From Utricularia gibba (lineage: Eukaryota > Plantae > Magnoliophyta), in contig NEEC01000163.1 in the NCBI GenBank assembly GCA_002189035.1, positions 1-64,000 of the forward strand: 64,000 nucleotides of DNA. Direction: 5' to 3'. This document shows positions 41,201-56,200 of this stretch, piece by piece. Both the position numbers and the translations under genes were made by a program. Within the stretch, counting starts at the first letter, position 1. The number at the start of each line of letters is the position of its first letter. The notes below the pieces were generated by a model that saw nothing but the letters and a program-made list of their open reading frames with translations, had not been told where the DNA came from and did not search any database.

Positions 41201-44200
41201 CATTCTCATGCGTTTCTCGGGTGTGCTCGGGCCCTGGGACTTCCTACACCAAGGGGTGGCCTCGCGCAGCCTTCGCATTGACGCCATCGTCCAAACCGTT
41301 TAGAGTCACGCGACACACAGCATACCGTTTCGAAGCTCATTCTGAGACGATCGTTTTTCGTGTTGGGAGTTCGCCCATCCGAGGAAAGTTCGAAGCTCGA
41401 CGGATGGCCTATATAAGCCTTGAATGGTGTCACAAAATGGCCTAGCCATTGGGGACGTTGGGACTCGTTTGCTCGTTTTTATGCGAAAATTGTTCTCGGC
41501 TTGCGAAACACGCGTGATTCGTTAATATATGTCAAAATCTTGAATTTCGCGGCATTCTCATGCGTTTCTCCGAGTGTGCTCGGGCCCTGGGAATTCCTAC
41601 ATTAGGGGTGGCCTCGCGCAGCCTTCGCCATTGACGCCACATCGTCCAAACCGTTTAGAGTCACGCGACACACAGCATACCGTTTCGAAGCTCATTCCGA
41701 GACGGTCGTTTTTCGTGTTGGAGCTTGCCCATCCGAGGAAAGTTCGAAGCTCGACGGATGGCCTTATATAGCCTTCAATGGTCACAAAATGGCTAGCCAT
41801 TGGGGACGTTGCGACTCCTTTGCTCGTTTTTATGCGAAAATTATTCTCGGCTTGCGAAACACGCGTGATTCGTTAATATATGTCAAAATCTTGAATTTCG
41901 CGGCATTCTCATGCGTTTCTCGGTGTGCTCGGCCCCGGGACTTCCTACACCAAGGGGTGGCCTCGCGCAGCCTTCGCCATTGACGCCACATCGTCCAAAC
42001 CGTTTAGAGTCACGCGACACACAGCATACCGTTTCGAAGCTCATTCTGAGACGATCGTTTTTCGTGTTGGGAGTTCGCCCATCCGAGGAAAGTTCGAAGC
42101 TCGACGGATGGCCTATATAAGCCTTGAATGGTGTCACAAAATGGTCTAGCCATTGGGGACGTTGCGACTCCTTTGCTCGTTTTTATGCGAAAATTATTCT
42201 CGGATTGCGAAACACGCGTGATTCGTTAATATATGTCAAAATCTTGAATTTCGCGGCATTCTCATGCGTTTCTAGTGTGCTCGGGCCTGGGAATTCCTAC
42301 ATTAAGGGGTGGCCTCGCGCAGCCTTCGCCATTGACGCCACATCGTCCAAACCGTTTAGAGTCACGCGACACACAGCATACCGTTTCGAAGCTCATTCTG
42401 AGACGATCGTTTTTCGTGTTGGGAATCGAAAAAGTTCGAAGCTCGACGGATGGCCTATATAGCCTTGAATGGTGTCACAAAATGGCTAGCCATTGGGACG
42501 TTGCGACTCCTTTGCTCGTTTTTATGCGAAAATTTTTCTCGGATTGCGAAACACGCGTGATTCGTTAATATATGTAAAATCTTGAATTTCGCGCATTCTC
42601 ATGCGTTTCTGGGTGTGCTCGGCCTGGGACTTCCTACACAAGGGGTGGCCTCGCGCAGCCTTCGCCATTGACGCCACATCGTCCAAACCGTTTAGAGTCA
42701 CGCGACACACAGCATACCGTTTCGAAGCTCATTCCGAGACGGTCGTTTTTCGTGTTGGGAGTTCGCCCATCCGAGGAAAGTTCGAAGCTCGACGGATGGC
42801 CCTATATAAGCCTTGAATGGTGTCACAAAATGGCCTAGCCATTGGGGACGTTGGGACTCGTTTGCTCGTTTTTATGCGAAAATAATCTCGGCTTGCGAAA
42901 CACGCGTGATTCGTTAATATATGTCAAAATCTTGAATTTCGCGGCATTCTCATGCGTTTCTCGGTGTGCTCGGGCCCTGGGACTTCCTACACCAAGGGGT
43001 GGCCTCGCGCAGCCTTCGCCATTGACGCCACATCCCGTTTAGAGTCACGCGACACACAGCATACCGTTTCGAAGCTCATTCCGAGACGGTCGTTTTTCGT
43101 GTTGGGAGCTTGCCCATCCGAAAAGTTCGAAGCTCGGATGGCCCTATAAGCCTTGAATGGTGTCACAAAATGGCCTAGCCATTGGGGACGTTGGGACTCG
43201 TTTGCGTTTTTATGCGAAAATTGTTCTCGGCTTGCGAAACACGCGTGATTCGTTAATATATGTCAAAATCTTGAATTTCGCGGCATTCTCATGCGTTTCT
43301 CCGAGTGTGCTCGGGCCCTGGGAATTCCTACATTAAGGGGTGGCCTCGCGCAGCCTTCGCCATTGACGCCACATCGTCCAAACCGTTTAGAGTCACGCGA
43401 CACACAGCATACCGTTTCGAAGCTCATTCCGAGACGGTCGTTTTTCGTGTTGGGAGCTTGCCCATCCGAGGAAAGTTCGAAGCTCGAAGGATGGCCTTAT
43501 ATTAAGCCTTCAATGGTCCAAAATGGTCTAGCCATTGGGGACATCGCGACTCCTTTGCTCGTTTTTATGCGAAAATATTCTCGGCTTGCGAAACACGCGT
43601 GATTCGTTAATATATGTCAAAATCTTGAATTTCGCGGCATTCTCATGCGTTTCTCGGGTGTGCTCGGGCCCCGGGACTTCCTACACCAAGGGGTGGCCTC
43701 GCGCAGCCTTCGCCATTGACGCCACATCGTCCAAACCGTTTAGAGTCACGCGACACACAGCATACCGTTTCGAAGCTCATTCTGAGACGATCGTTTTTCG
43801 TGTTGGGAGTTCGCCCATCCGAGGAAAGTTCGAAGCTCGACGGATGGCCCTATATAAGCCTTGAATGGTGTCCCAAAATGGTCTAGCCATTGGGGACGTT
43901 GCGACTCCTTTGCTCGTTTTTATGCGAAAATTATTCTCGGCTTGCGAAACACGCGTGATTCGTTAATATATGTCAAAATCTTGAATTTCGCGGCATTCTC
44001 ATGCGTTTCTCAGTGTGCTCGGGCCCTGGGAATTCCTACATTAAGGGGTGGCCTCGCGCAGCCTTCGCCATTGACGCCACATCGTCCAAACCGTTTAGAG
44101 TCACGCGACACACAGCATACCGTTTCGAAGCTCATTCTGAGACGGTCGTTTTTCGTGTTGGGAGTCGCCCATCCGAGGAAAGTTCGAAGCTCGAAGGATG

Positions 44201-47200
44201 GCCTATATTAGCCTTGAATGGTTTCACAAAATGGTCTAGCCATTGGGGACGTTGCGACTCCTTTGCTCGTTTTTATGCGAAAATCTCGGCTTGCGAAACG
44301 CGTGATTCGTTAATATATGTCAAAATCTGAATTTCGCGCATTCTCATGCGTTTCTAGGGTGTGCTCGGGCCTGGGACTTCCTACACCAAGGGGTGGCCTC
44401 GCGCAGCCTTCGCCATTGACGCCACATCGTCCAAACCGTTTAGAGTCACGCGACACACAGCATACCGTTTCGAAGCTCATTCCGAGACGGTCGTTTTTCG
44501 TGTTGGGAGTTCGCCCATCCGAGGAAAGTTCGAAGCTCGACGGATGGCCCTATATAAGCCTTGAATGGTGTCACAAAATGGCCTAGCCATTGGGGACGTT
44601 GCGACTCGTTTGCTCGTTTTTATGCGAAAAATTCGGCTTGCGAAACACGCGTGATTCGTTAATATATGTCAAAATCTTGAATTTCGCGGCATTCTCATGC
44701 GTTTCTCGGTGTGCTCGGCCCTGGGACTTCCTACACCAAGGGGTGGCCTCGCGCAGCCTTCGCCATTGACGCCACATCGTCCAAACCGTTTAGAGTCACG
44801 CGACACACAGCATACCGTTTCGAAGCTCATTCCGAGACGGTCGTTTTTCGTGTTGGGAGCTTGCCCATCCGCAAAGTTCGAAGCTCAAGGATGGCCCTAT
44901 ATAAGCCTTGAATGGTGTCACAAAATGGCCTAGCCATTGGGGACGTTGGGACTCGTTTGCTCGTTTTTATGCGAAAACTCGGCTTGCGAAACACGCGTGA
45001 TTCGTTAATATATGTCAAAATCTTGAATTTCGCGGCATTCTCATGCGTTTCTCCGAGTGTGCTCGGGCCCTGGGAATTCCTACATTAAGGGGTGGCTCGC
45101 GCAGCCTTCGCCATTGACGCCACATCGTCCAAACCGTTTAGAGTCACGCGACACACAGCATACCGTTTCGAAGCTCATTCCGAGACGGTCGTTTTTCGTG
45201 TTGGGAGTTGCCCATCCGAGGAAAGTTCGAAGCTCGAAGGATGGCCCTATATAGCCTTGAATGGTGTCACAAAATGGTCTAGCCATTGGGGACGTTGCGA
45301 CTCCTTTGCTCGTTTTTATGCGAAAATCTCGGCTTGCGAAACACGCGTGATTCGTTAATATATGTCAAAATCTTGAATTTCGCGGCATTCTCATGCGTTT
45401 CTCCGAGTGTGCTCGGGCCCTGGGAATTCCTACATTAAGGGGTGGCCTCGCGCAGCCTTCGCCATTGACGCCACATCGTCCAAACCGTTTAGAGTCACGC
45501 GACACACAGCATACCGTTTCGAAGCTCATTCTGAGACGGTCGTTTTTCGTGTTGGGAGCTTGCCCATCCGAGGAAAGTTCGAAGCTCGAAGGATGGCCCT
45601 ATATTAGCCTTGAATGTGTCACAAAATGGTCTAGCCATTGGGGACGTTGGACTCCTTTGCTCGTTTTTATGCGAAAATTATTCTCGGCTTGCGAAACACG
45701 CGTGATTCGTTAATATATGTCAAAATCTTGAATTTCGCGGCATTCTCATGCGTTTCTCCGGGTGTGCTCGGGCCCCGGGACTTCCTACACCAAGGGGTGC
45801 CTCGCGCAGCCTTCGCCATTGACGCCACATCGTCCAAACCGTTTAGAGTCACGCGACACACAGCATACCGTTTCGAAGCTCATTCTGAGACGATCGTTTT
45901 TCGTGTTGGGAGTCGCCCATCCGAGGAAAGTTCGAAGCTCGACGGATGGCCTATATAGCCTTGAATGGTGTCACAAAATGGTCTAGCCATTGGGGACGTT
46001 GCGACTCCTTTGCTCGTTTTTATGCGAAAATTTTTCTCGGATTGCGAAACACGCGTGATTCGTTAATATATGTCAAATCTTGAATTTCGCGGCATTCTCA
46101 TGCGTTTCTCGGGTGTGCTCGGGCCGGGAATTCCTACACCAAGGGGTGGCCTCGCGCAGCCTTCGCCATTGACGCCACATCGTCCAAACCGTTTAGAGTC
46201 ACGCGACACACAGCATACCGTTTCGAAGCTCATTCTGAGACGATCGTTTTTCGTGTTGGGAGTCGCCCATCCGAGGAAAGTTCGAAGCTCGACGGATGGC
46301 CTTATATAGCCTTGAATGGTGTCACAAAATGGTCTAGCCATTGGGGACATCGGACTCCTTTGCTCGTTTTTATGCGAAAATTATTCTCGGCTTGCGAAAC
46401 ACGCGTGATTCGTTAATATATGTCAAAATCTTGAATTTCGCATTTCTCATGCGTTTCTCCGGGTGTGCTCGGGCCCTGGGAATTCCTACATTAAGGGGTG
46501 GCCTCGCGCAGCCTTCGCCATTGACGCCACATCGTCCAAACCGTTTAGAGTCACGCGACACACAGCATACCGTTTCGAAGCTCATTCTGAGACGATCGTT
46601 TTTCGTGTTGGGAGTCGCCCATCCGAGGAAAGTTCGAAGCTCGACGGATGGCCCTATAAAGCCTTGAATGGTGTCACAAATGGCCTAGCCATTGGGGACG
46701 TTGCGACTCCTTTGCTCGTTTTTATGCGAAAATTGTTCTCGGCTTGCGAAACACGCGTGATTCGTTAATATATGTCAAAATCTTGAATTTCGCGGCATTC
46801 TCATGCGTTTCTCGGTGTGCTCGGGCCCGGGAATTCCTACACAAGGGGTGGCCTCGCGCAGCCTTCGCCATTGACGCCACATCGTCCAAACCCGTTTAGA
46901 GTCACGCGACACACAGCATACCGTTTCGAAGCTCATTCTGAGACGATCGTTTTTCGTGTTGGGATCGCCCATCCGAGGAAAGTTCGAAGCTCGACGGATG
47001 GCCCTATATAAGCCTTGAATGGTGTCACAAAATGGCCTAGCCATTGGGGACGTTGGACTCGTTTGCTCGTTTTTATGCGAAAATAATTCTCGGCTTGCGA
47101 AACACGCGTGATTCGTTAATATATGTAAAAATCTAAATTTCGCGGCATTCTCATGCGTTTCTCGGTGTGCTCGGGCCCCGGGACTTCCTACACCAAGGGG

Positions 47201-50200
47201 TGGCCTCGCGCAGCCTTCGCCATTGACGCCACATCGTCCAAACCGTTTAGAGTCACGCGACACACAGCATACCGTTTCGAAGCTCATTCTGAGACGTCGT
47301 TTTTCGTGTTGGAAGTTCGCCCATCCGAGGAAAGTTCGAAGCTCGACGGATGGCCCTATATAAGCCTTGAATGGTGTCACAAAATGGCCTACCATTGGGG
47401 GTTGGGACTCGTTTGCTCGTTTTTATGCGAAAATTTTCTCGGCTTGCGAAACACGCGTGATTCGTTAATATATGTCAAAATCTTGAATTTCGCGGCATTC
47501 TCATGCGTTTCTACGGGTGTGCTCGGGCCCGGGACTTCCTACACCAAGGGTGGCCTCGCGCAGCCTTCGCCATTGACGCCACATCGTCCAAACCGTTTAG
47601 AGTCACGCGACACACAGCATACCGTTTCGAAGCTCATTCTGAGACGATCGTTTTTCGTGTTGGGAGTTCGCCCATCCGAGGAAAGTTCGAAGCTCGACGG
47701 ATGGCCCTATATAAGCCTTGAATGGTGTCACAAAATGGTCTAGCCATTGGGGACGTTGCGACTCCTTTGCTCGTTTTTATGCGAAAATTTCTCGGATTGC
47801 GAAACACGCGTGATTCGTTAATATATGTCAAAATCTTGAATTTCGCGGCATTCTCATGCGTTTTCTCAGTGTGCTCGGGCCTGGGAATTCCTACATTAAG
47901 GGGTGGCCTCGCGCAGCCTTCGCCATTGACGCCACATCGTCCAAACCGTTTAGAGTCACGCGACACACAGCATACCGTTTCGAAGCTCATTCCGAGACGG
48001 TCGTTTTTCGTGTTGGGAGCTTGCCCATCCGAGGAAAGTTCGAAGCTCGAAGGATGGCCTTATATAGCCTTGAATGGTGTCACAAAATGGCTAGCCATTG
48101 GGGACGCGACTCCTTTGCTCGTTTTTATGCGAAAATAATCTCGGCTTGCGAAACACGCGTGATTCGTTAATATATGTCAAAATCTTGAATTTCGCGGCAT
48201 TCTCATGCGTTTCTCGTGTGCTCGGGCCCTGGGACTTCCTACACCAAGGGGTGGCCTCGCGCAGCCTTCGCAATTGACGCCACATCGTCCAAACCGTTTA
48301 GAGTCACGCGACACACAGCATACCGTTTCGAAGCTCATTCCGAGACGTCGTTTTTCGTGTTGGAAGTTGCCCATCCGAGGAAAGTTCGAAGCTCGAAGGA
48401 TGGCCCTATATAAGCCTTGAATGGTGTCACAAAATGGCCTAGCCATTGGGGACGTTGGGACTCGTTTGCTCGTTTTTATGCGAAAATTGTTCTCGGCTTG
48501 CGAAACACGCGTGATTCGTTAATATATGTCAAAATCTTGAATTTCGCGGCATTCTCATGCGTTTCTCCGAGTGTGCTCGGGCCCTGGGAATTCCTACATT
48601 AAGGGGTGGCCTCGCGCAGCCTTCGCCATTGACGCCACATCGTCCAAACCGTTTAGAGTCACGCGACACACAGCATACCGTTTCGAAGCTCATTCCGAGA
48701 CGGTCGTTTTTCGTGTTGGGAGCTTGCCCATCCGAGGAAAGTTCGAAGCTCGAAGGATGGCCTTATATTAGCCTTGAATGTGTCCCAAAATGGTCTAGCC
48801 ATTGGGGACGTTGACTCCTTTGCTCGTTTTTATGCGAAAATCTCGGCTTGCGAAACACGCGTGATTCGTTAATATATGTCAAAATCTTGAATTTCGCGGC
48901 ATTCTCATGCGTTTCTACGGGTGTGCTCGGGCCCCGGGACTTCCTACACCAAGGGGTGGCCTCGCGCAGCCTTCGCCATTGACGCCACATCGTCCAAACC
49001 GTTTAGAGTCACGCGACACACAGCATACCGTTTCGAAGCTCATTCTGAGACGATCGTTTTTCGTGTTGGAAGTTCGCCCATCCGAGGAAAGTTCGAAGCT
49101 CGACGGATGGCCTATATAAGCCTTGAATGGTGTCACAAAATGGCCTAGCCATTGGGGACGTTGGGACTCGTTTGCTCGTTTTTATGCGAAAATTGTTCTC
49201 GGCTTGCGAAACACGCGTGATTCGTTAATATATGTCAAAATCTTGAATTTCGCGGCATTCTCATGCGTTTCTCCGAGTGTGCTCGGGCCCTGGGAATTCC
49301 TACATTAAGGGGTGGCCTCGCGCAGCCTTCGCCATGACGCCACATCGTTTTTAGAGTTACCGTTTCGAAGCTCATTCTGAGACGATCGTTTTTCGTGTTG
49401 GGAGCCCATCCGAGGAAAGTTCGAAGCTCGACGGATGGCCCTATATAGCCTTGAATGGTGTCACAAAATGGCCTAGCCATTGGGGACGTTGCGACTCTTT
49501 GCTCGTTTTTATGCGAAAATTGTTCTCGGCTTGCGAAACACGCGTGATTCGTTAATATATCAAAATCTTGAATTTCGCGGCATTCTCATGCGTTTCTCGG
49601 GTGTGCTCGGGGGACTTCCTACACCAAGGGGTGGCCTCGCGCAGCCTTCGCCATTGACGCCACATCGTCCAAACCGTTTAGAGTCACGCGACACACAGCA
49701 TACCGTTTCGAAGCTCATTCTGAGACGATCGTTTTTCGTGTTGGGAGCCCATCCGAGGAAAGTTCGAAGCTCGACGGATGGCCCTATATAAGCCTTGAAT
49801 GGTGTCACAAAATGGCCTAGCCATTGGGGACGTTGCGACTCGTTTGCTCGTTTTTATGCGAAAATAATCTCGGCTTGCGAAACACGCGTGATTCGTTAAT
49901 ATATGTCAAAATCTTGAATTTCGCGGCATTCTCATGCGTTTCTCGGGTGTGCTCGGCCCCGGGACTTCCTACACAAGGGGTGGCCTCGCGCAGCCTTCGC
50001 CATTGACGCCACATCGTCCAAACCGTTTAGAGTCACGCGACACACAGCATACCGTTTCGAAGCTCATTCTGAGACGGTCGTTTTTCGTGTTGGGAGTTCG
50101 CCCATCCGAGGAAAGTTCGAAGCTCGACGGATGGCCCTATAAGCCTTGAATGGTGTCACAAAATGGCTAGCCATTGGGGACGTTGGGACTCGTTTTGCTC

Positions 50201-53200
50201 GTTTTTATGCGAAAATTGTTCTCGGCTTGCGAAACACGCGTGATTCGTTAATATATGTCAAAATCTTGAATTTCGCGGCATTCTCATGCGTTTCTCCGAG
50301 TGTGCTCGGGCCCTGGAATTCCTACATTAAGGGGTGGCCTCGCGCAGCCTTCGCCATTGACGCCACATCGTCCAAACCGTTTAGAGTCACGCGACACACA
50401 GCATACCGTTTCGAAGCTCATTCCGAGACGATCGTTTTTCGTGTTGGGAGTCGCCCATCCGAGGAAAGTTCGAAGCTCGACGGATGGCCCTATATAAGCC
50501 TTGAATGGTGTCACAAAATGGCCTAGCCATTGGGGACGTTGCGACTCCTTTGCTCGTTTTTATGCGAAAATTGTTCTCGGATTGCGAAACACGCGTGATT
50601 CGTTAATATATGTAAAAATCTTGAATTTCGCGGCATTCTCATGCGTTTCTCCGAGTGTGCTCGGGCCCCGGGACTTCCTACACCAAGGGGTGGCCTCGCG
50701 CAGCCTTCGCCATTGACGCCACATCGTCCAAACCGTTTAGAGTCACGCGACACACAGCATACCGTTTCGAAGCTCATTCTGAGACGATCGTTTTTCGTGT
50801 TGGGAGTCGCCCATCCGAGGAAAGTTCGAAGCTCGACGGATGGCCTATATAGCCTTGAATGGTGTCACAAAATGGTCTAGCCATTGGGGACGTTGCGACT
50901 CCTTTGCTCGTTTTTATGCGAAAACGGCTTGCGAAACACGCGTGATTCGTTAATATATGTCAAAATCTTGAATTTCGCGGCATTCTCATGCGTTTCTCGT
51001 GTGCTCGGGCCCTGGGACTTCCTACACCAAGGGGTGGCCTCGCGCAGCCTTCGCCATTGACGCCACATCGTCCAAACCGTTTAGAGTCACGCGACACACA
51101 GCATACCGTTTCGAAGCTCATTCTGAGACGATCGTTTTTCGTGTTGGGAGTCGCCCATCCGAGGAAAGTTCGAAGCTCGAAGGATGGCCTATATAGCCTT
51201 GAATGGTGTCACAAAATGGCTAGCCATTGGGGACGTTGCGACTCCTTTGCTCGTTTTTATGCGAAAATTATTCTCGGATTGCGAAACACGCGTGATTCGT
51301 TAATATATGTCAAAATCTTGAATTTCGCGGCATTCTCATGCGTTTCTCCGAGTGTGCTCGGGCCCTGGAATTCCTACATTAAGGGGTGGCCTCGCGCAGC
51401 CTTCGCCATTGACGCCACATCGTCCAAACCGTTTAGAGTCACGCGACACACAGCATACCGTTTCGAAGCTCATTCTGAGACGATCGTTTTTTCGTGTTGG
51501 GAAATCGCCCATCCGAGGAAAGTTCGAAGCTCGACGGATGGCCCTATATAAGCCTTGAATGGTGTCACAAAATGGCTAGCCATTGGGGACGTTGCGACTC
51601 CTTTGCTCGTTTTTATGCGAAAATTGTTCTCGGCTTGCGAAACACGCGTGATTCGTTAATATATGTCAAAATCTTGAATTTCGCGGCATTCTCATGCGTT
51701 TCTCCGAGTGTGCTCGGGCCCTGGGAATTCCTACATTAAGGGGTGGCCTCGCGCAGCCTTCGCCATTGACGCCACATCGTCCAAACCGTTTAGAGTCACG
51801 CGACACACAGCATACCGTTTCGAAGCTCATTCCGAGACGGTCGTTTTTCGTGTTGGGAGTCGCCCATCCGAGGAAAGTTCGAAGCTCGACGGATGGCCTA
51901 TATAAGCCTTGAATGGTGTCACAAATGGTCTAGCCATTGGGGACATTGCGACTCCTTTGCTCGTTTTTATGCGAAAATATTCGGGCTTGCGAAACACGCG
52001 TGATTCGTTAATATATGTCAAAATCTTGAATTTCGCGGCATTCTCATGCGTTTCTCCGTGTGCTCGGGCCCTGGGAATTCCTACACCAAGGGGTGGCCTC
52101 GCGCAGCCTTCGCCATTGACGCCACATCGTCCAAACCGTTTAGAGTCACGCGACACACAGCATACCGTTTCGAAGCTCATTCCGAGACGGTCGTTTTTTG
52201 TGTTGAAAGTTGCCCATCCGAGGAAAGTTCGAAGCTCGAAGGATGGCCCTATATAAGCCTTGAATGGTGTCACAAAATGGCCTAGCCATTGGGGACGTTG
52301 GGACTCGTTTGCTCGTTTTTATGCGAAAATTTCTCGGCTTGCGAAACACGCGTGATTCGTTAATATATGTCAAAATCTTGAATTTCGCGGCATTCTCATG
52401 CGTTTCTCGGGTGTGCTCGGGCCCGGGACTTCCTACACCAAGGGGTGGCCTCGCGCAGCCTTCGCCATTGACGCCACATCGTCCAAACCGTTTAGAGTCA
52501 CGCGACACACAGCATACCGTTTCGAAGCTCATTCTGAGACGGTCGTTTTTTCGTGTTGGGAGTCGCCCATCCGAGGAAAGTTCGAAGCTCGACGGATGGC
52601 CCTATATAAGCCTTGAATGGTGTCACAAAATGGCCTAGCCATTGGGGACGTTGCGACTCGTTTGCTCGTTTTTATGCGAAAATAATTCGGCTTGCGAAAC
52701 ACGCGTGATTCGTTAATATATGTCAAAATCTTGAATTTCGCGGCATTCTCATGCGTTTCTCCGGGTGTGCTCGGGCCCTGGGAATTCCTACACCAAGGGG
52801 TGGCCTCGCGCAGCCTTCGCCATTGACGCCACAATCGTCCAAACCGTTTAGAGTCACGCGACACACAGCATACCGTTTCGAAGCTCATTCTGAGACGATC
52901 GTTTTTCGTGTTGGAGTCGCCCATCCGAGGAAAGTTCGAAGCTCGACGGATGGCCCTATATAAGCCTTGAATGGTGTCACAAAATGGCCTAGCCATTGGG
53001 GACGTTGCGACTCCTTTGCTCGTTTTTATGCGAAAACTCTCGGCTTGCGAAACACGCGTGATTCGTTAATATATGTAAAAATCTTGAATTTCGCGGCATT
53101 CTCATGCGTTTCTACGGGTGTGCTCGGGGGGACTTCCTACACCAAGGGGTGGCCTCGCGCAGCCTTCGCCATTGACGCCACATCGTCCAAACCGTTTAGA

Positions 53201-56200
53201 GTCACGCGACACACAGCATACCGTTTCGAAGCTCATTCTGAGACGATCGTTTTTCGTGTTGGGAGTCGCCCATCCGAGGAAAGTTCGAAGCTCGAAGGAT
53301 GCCTATATTAAGCCTTGAATGGTGTCACAAAATGGTCCTAGCCATTGGGGACGTTGCGACTCCTTTGCTCGTTTTTATGCGAAAATTTCTCGGATTGCGA
53401 AACACGCGTGATTCGTTAATATATGTCAAAATCTGAATTTCGCGGCATTCTCATGCGTTTCTCGTGTGCTCGGGCCAACTTCCTACACCAAGGGGTGGCC
53501 TCGCGCAGCCTTCGCCATTGACGCCACATCGTCCAAACCGTTTAGAGTCACGCGACACACAGCATACCGTTTCGAAGCTCATTCTGAGACGATCGTTTTT
53601 CGTGTTGGGAGTTCGCCCATCCGAGGAAAGTTCGAAGCTCGACGGATGGCCCTATATAAGCCTTGAATGGTGTCACAAAATGGCCTAGCCATTGGGGACG
53701 TTGCGACTCCTTTGCTCGTTTTTATGCGAAAATTTTCTCGGCTTGCGAAACACGCGTGATTCGTTAATATATGTCAAAATCTTGAATTTCGCGGCATTCT
53801 CATGCGTTTTCTCGAGTGTGCTCGGGCCCTGGGAATTTCCTACACCAAGGGGTGGCCTCGCGCAGCCTTCGCCATTGACGCCACATCGTCCAAACCGTTT
53901 AGAGTCACGCGACACACAGCATACCGTTTCGAAGCTCATTCTGAGACGGTCGTTTTTCGTGTTGGGAGCGCGCCATCCGAGGAAAGTTCGAAGCTCGAAG
54001 GATGGCCCTATATAGCCTTGAATGGTGTCACAAAATGGCCTAGCCATTGGGGACGTTGGACTCCTTTGCTCGTTTTTATGCGAAAATTATTCTCGGCTTG
54101 CGAAACACGCGTGATTCGTTAATATATGTCAAAATCTTGAATTTCGCGGCATTCTCATGCGTTTCTACGGGTGTGCTCGGGCCCTGGGACTTCCTACACC
54201 AAGGGGTGGCCTCGCGCAGCCTTCGCCATTGACGCCACATCGTCCAAACCGTTTAGAGTCACGCGACACACAGCATACCGTTTCGAAGCTCATTCTGAGA
54301 CGATCGTTTTTCGTGTTGGGAGTTCGCCATCCGAGGAAAGTTCGAAGCTCGACGGATGGCCCTATATAAGCCTTGAATGGTGTCACAAAATGGCCTAGCC
54401 ATTGGGGACATTGCGACTCCTTTGCTCGTTTTTATGCGAAAATTATTCTCGGATTGCGAAACACGCGTGATTCGTTAATATATGTCAAAATCTTGAATTT
54501 CGCGGCATTCTCATGCGTTTCTCCGAGTGTGCTCGGGCCCTGGGAATTCCTACATTAAGGGGTGGCCTCGCGCAGCCTTCGCCATTGACGCCACATCGTC
54601 CAAACCGTTTAGAGTCACGCGACACACAGCATACCGTTTCGAAGCTCATTCTGAGACGATCGTTTTTCGTGTTGGGAGTTCCCATCCGAGGAAAGTTCGA
54701 AGCTCGACGGATGGCCCTATATAAGCCTTGAATGGTGTCACAAAATGGCCTAGCCATTGGGGACGTTGGGACTCGTTTGCTCGTTTTTATGCGAAAATAA
54801 TTCTCGGCTTGCGAAACACGCGTGATTCGTTAATATATGTCAAAATCTTGAATTTCGCGGCATTCTCATGCGTTTCTCGAGTGTGCTCGGGCCCTGGGAC
54901 TTCCTACACCAAGGGGTGGCCTCGCGCAGCCTTCGCCATTGACGCCACATCGTCCAAACCGTTTAGAGTCACGCGACACACAGCATACCGTTTCGAAGCT
55001 CATTCCGAGACGGTCGTTTTTCGTGTTGGGAGCTTGCCCATCCGAGGAAAGTTCGAAGCTCGAGGATGGCCCTATATAAGCCTTGAATGGTGTCACAAAT
55101 GGCTAGCCATTGGGGACGTTGGACTCCTTTGCTCGTTTTTATGCGAAAATTATTCTCGGATTGCGAAACACGCGTGATTCGTTAATATATGTCAAAATCT
55201 TGAATTTCGCGGCATTCTCATGCGTTTCTCCGAGTGTGCTCGGGCCCTGGGAATTCCTACATTAAGGGGTGGCCTCGCGCAGCCTTCGCCATTGACGCCA
55301 CATCGTCCAAACCGTTTAGAGTCACGCGACACACAGCATACCGTTTCGAAGCTCATTCTGAGACGATCGTTTTTCGTGTTGGGAGTTGCCCATCCGAGGA
55401 AAGTTCGAAGCTCGAAGGATGGCCTTATATTAGCCTTGAATGGTGTCACAAAATGGTCTAGCCATTGGGGACGTTGCGACTCCTTTGCTCGTTTTTATGC
55501 GAAAATTATTCTCGGCTTGCGAAACACGCGTGATTCGTTAATATATGTCAAAATCTTGAATTTCGCGGCATTCTCATGCGTTTCTCGGGTGTGCTCGGGC
55601 CCGGGACTTCCTACACCAAGGGGTGGCCTCGCGCAGCCTTCGCCATTGACGCCACATCGTCCAAACCGTTTAGAGTCACGCGACACACAGCATACCGTTT
55701 CGAAGCTCATTCTGAGACGATCGTTTTTCGTGTTGGGAGTTCGCCCATCCGAGGAAAGTTCGAAGCTCGAAGGATGGCCTATATTAGCCTTGAATGGTGT
55801 CACAAAATGGTCTAGCCATTGGGGACGTTGCGACGCGTTTGCTCGTTTTTATGCGAAAATTGTCGGATTGCGAAACACGCGTGATTCGTTAATATATGTC
55901 AAAATCTTGAATTTCGCGCATTCTCATGCGTTTCTATGGGTGTGCTCGGGCCCTGGGACTTCCTACACCAAGGGGTGGCCTCGCGCAGCCTTCGCCATTG
56001 ACGCCACATCGTCCAAACCGTTTAGAGTCACGCGACACACAGCATACCGTTTCGAAGCTCATTCTGAGACGGTCGTTTTTCGTGTTGGGAGTTCGCCCAT
56101 CCGAGGAAAGTTCGAAGCTCGACGGATGGCCTATATAAGCCTTGAATGGTGTCACAAAATGGCCTAGCCATTGGGGACGTTGGGACTCGTTTGCTCGTTT

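Noticed and set aside
55220-56167. Longest ORF (315 aa) and other 150-240 aa ORFs such as 5274-5996, 61101-61769 and 46775-47395
   Set aside because: They are read-throughs of successive monomers in shifting frames. The same peptides (RNTRDSLIYVKILNFAAFSCVS, GWPRAAFAIDATSSKPFRVT) recur throughout, ORF ends depend on 1-bp indels, and I recognise no domain.
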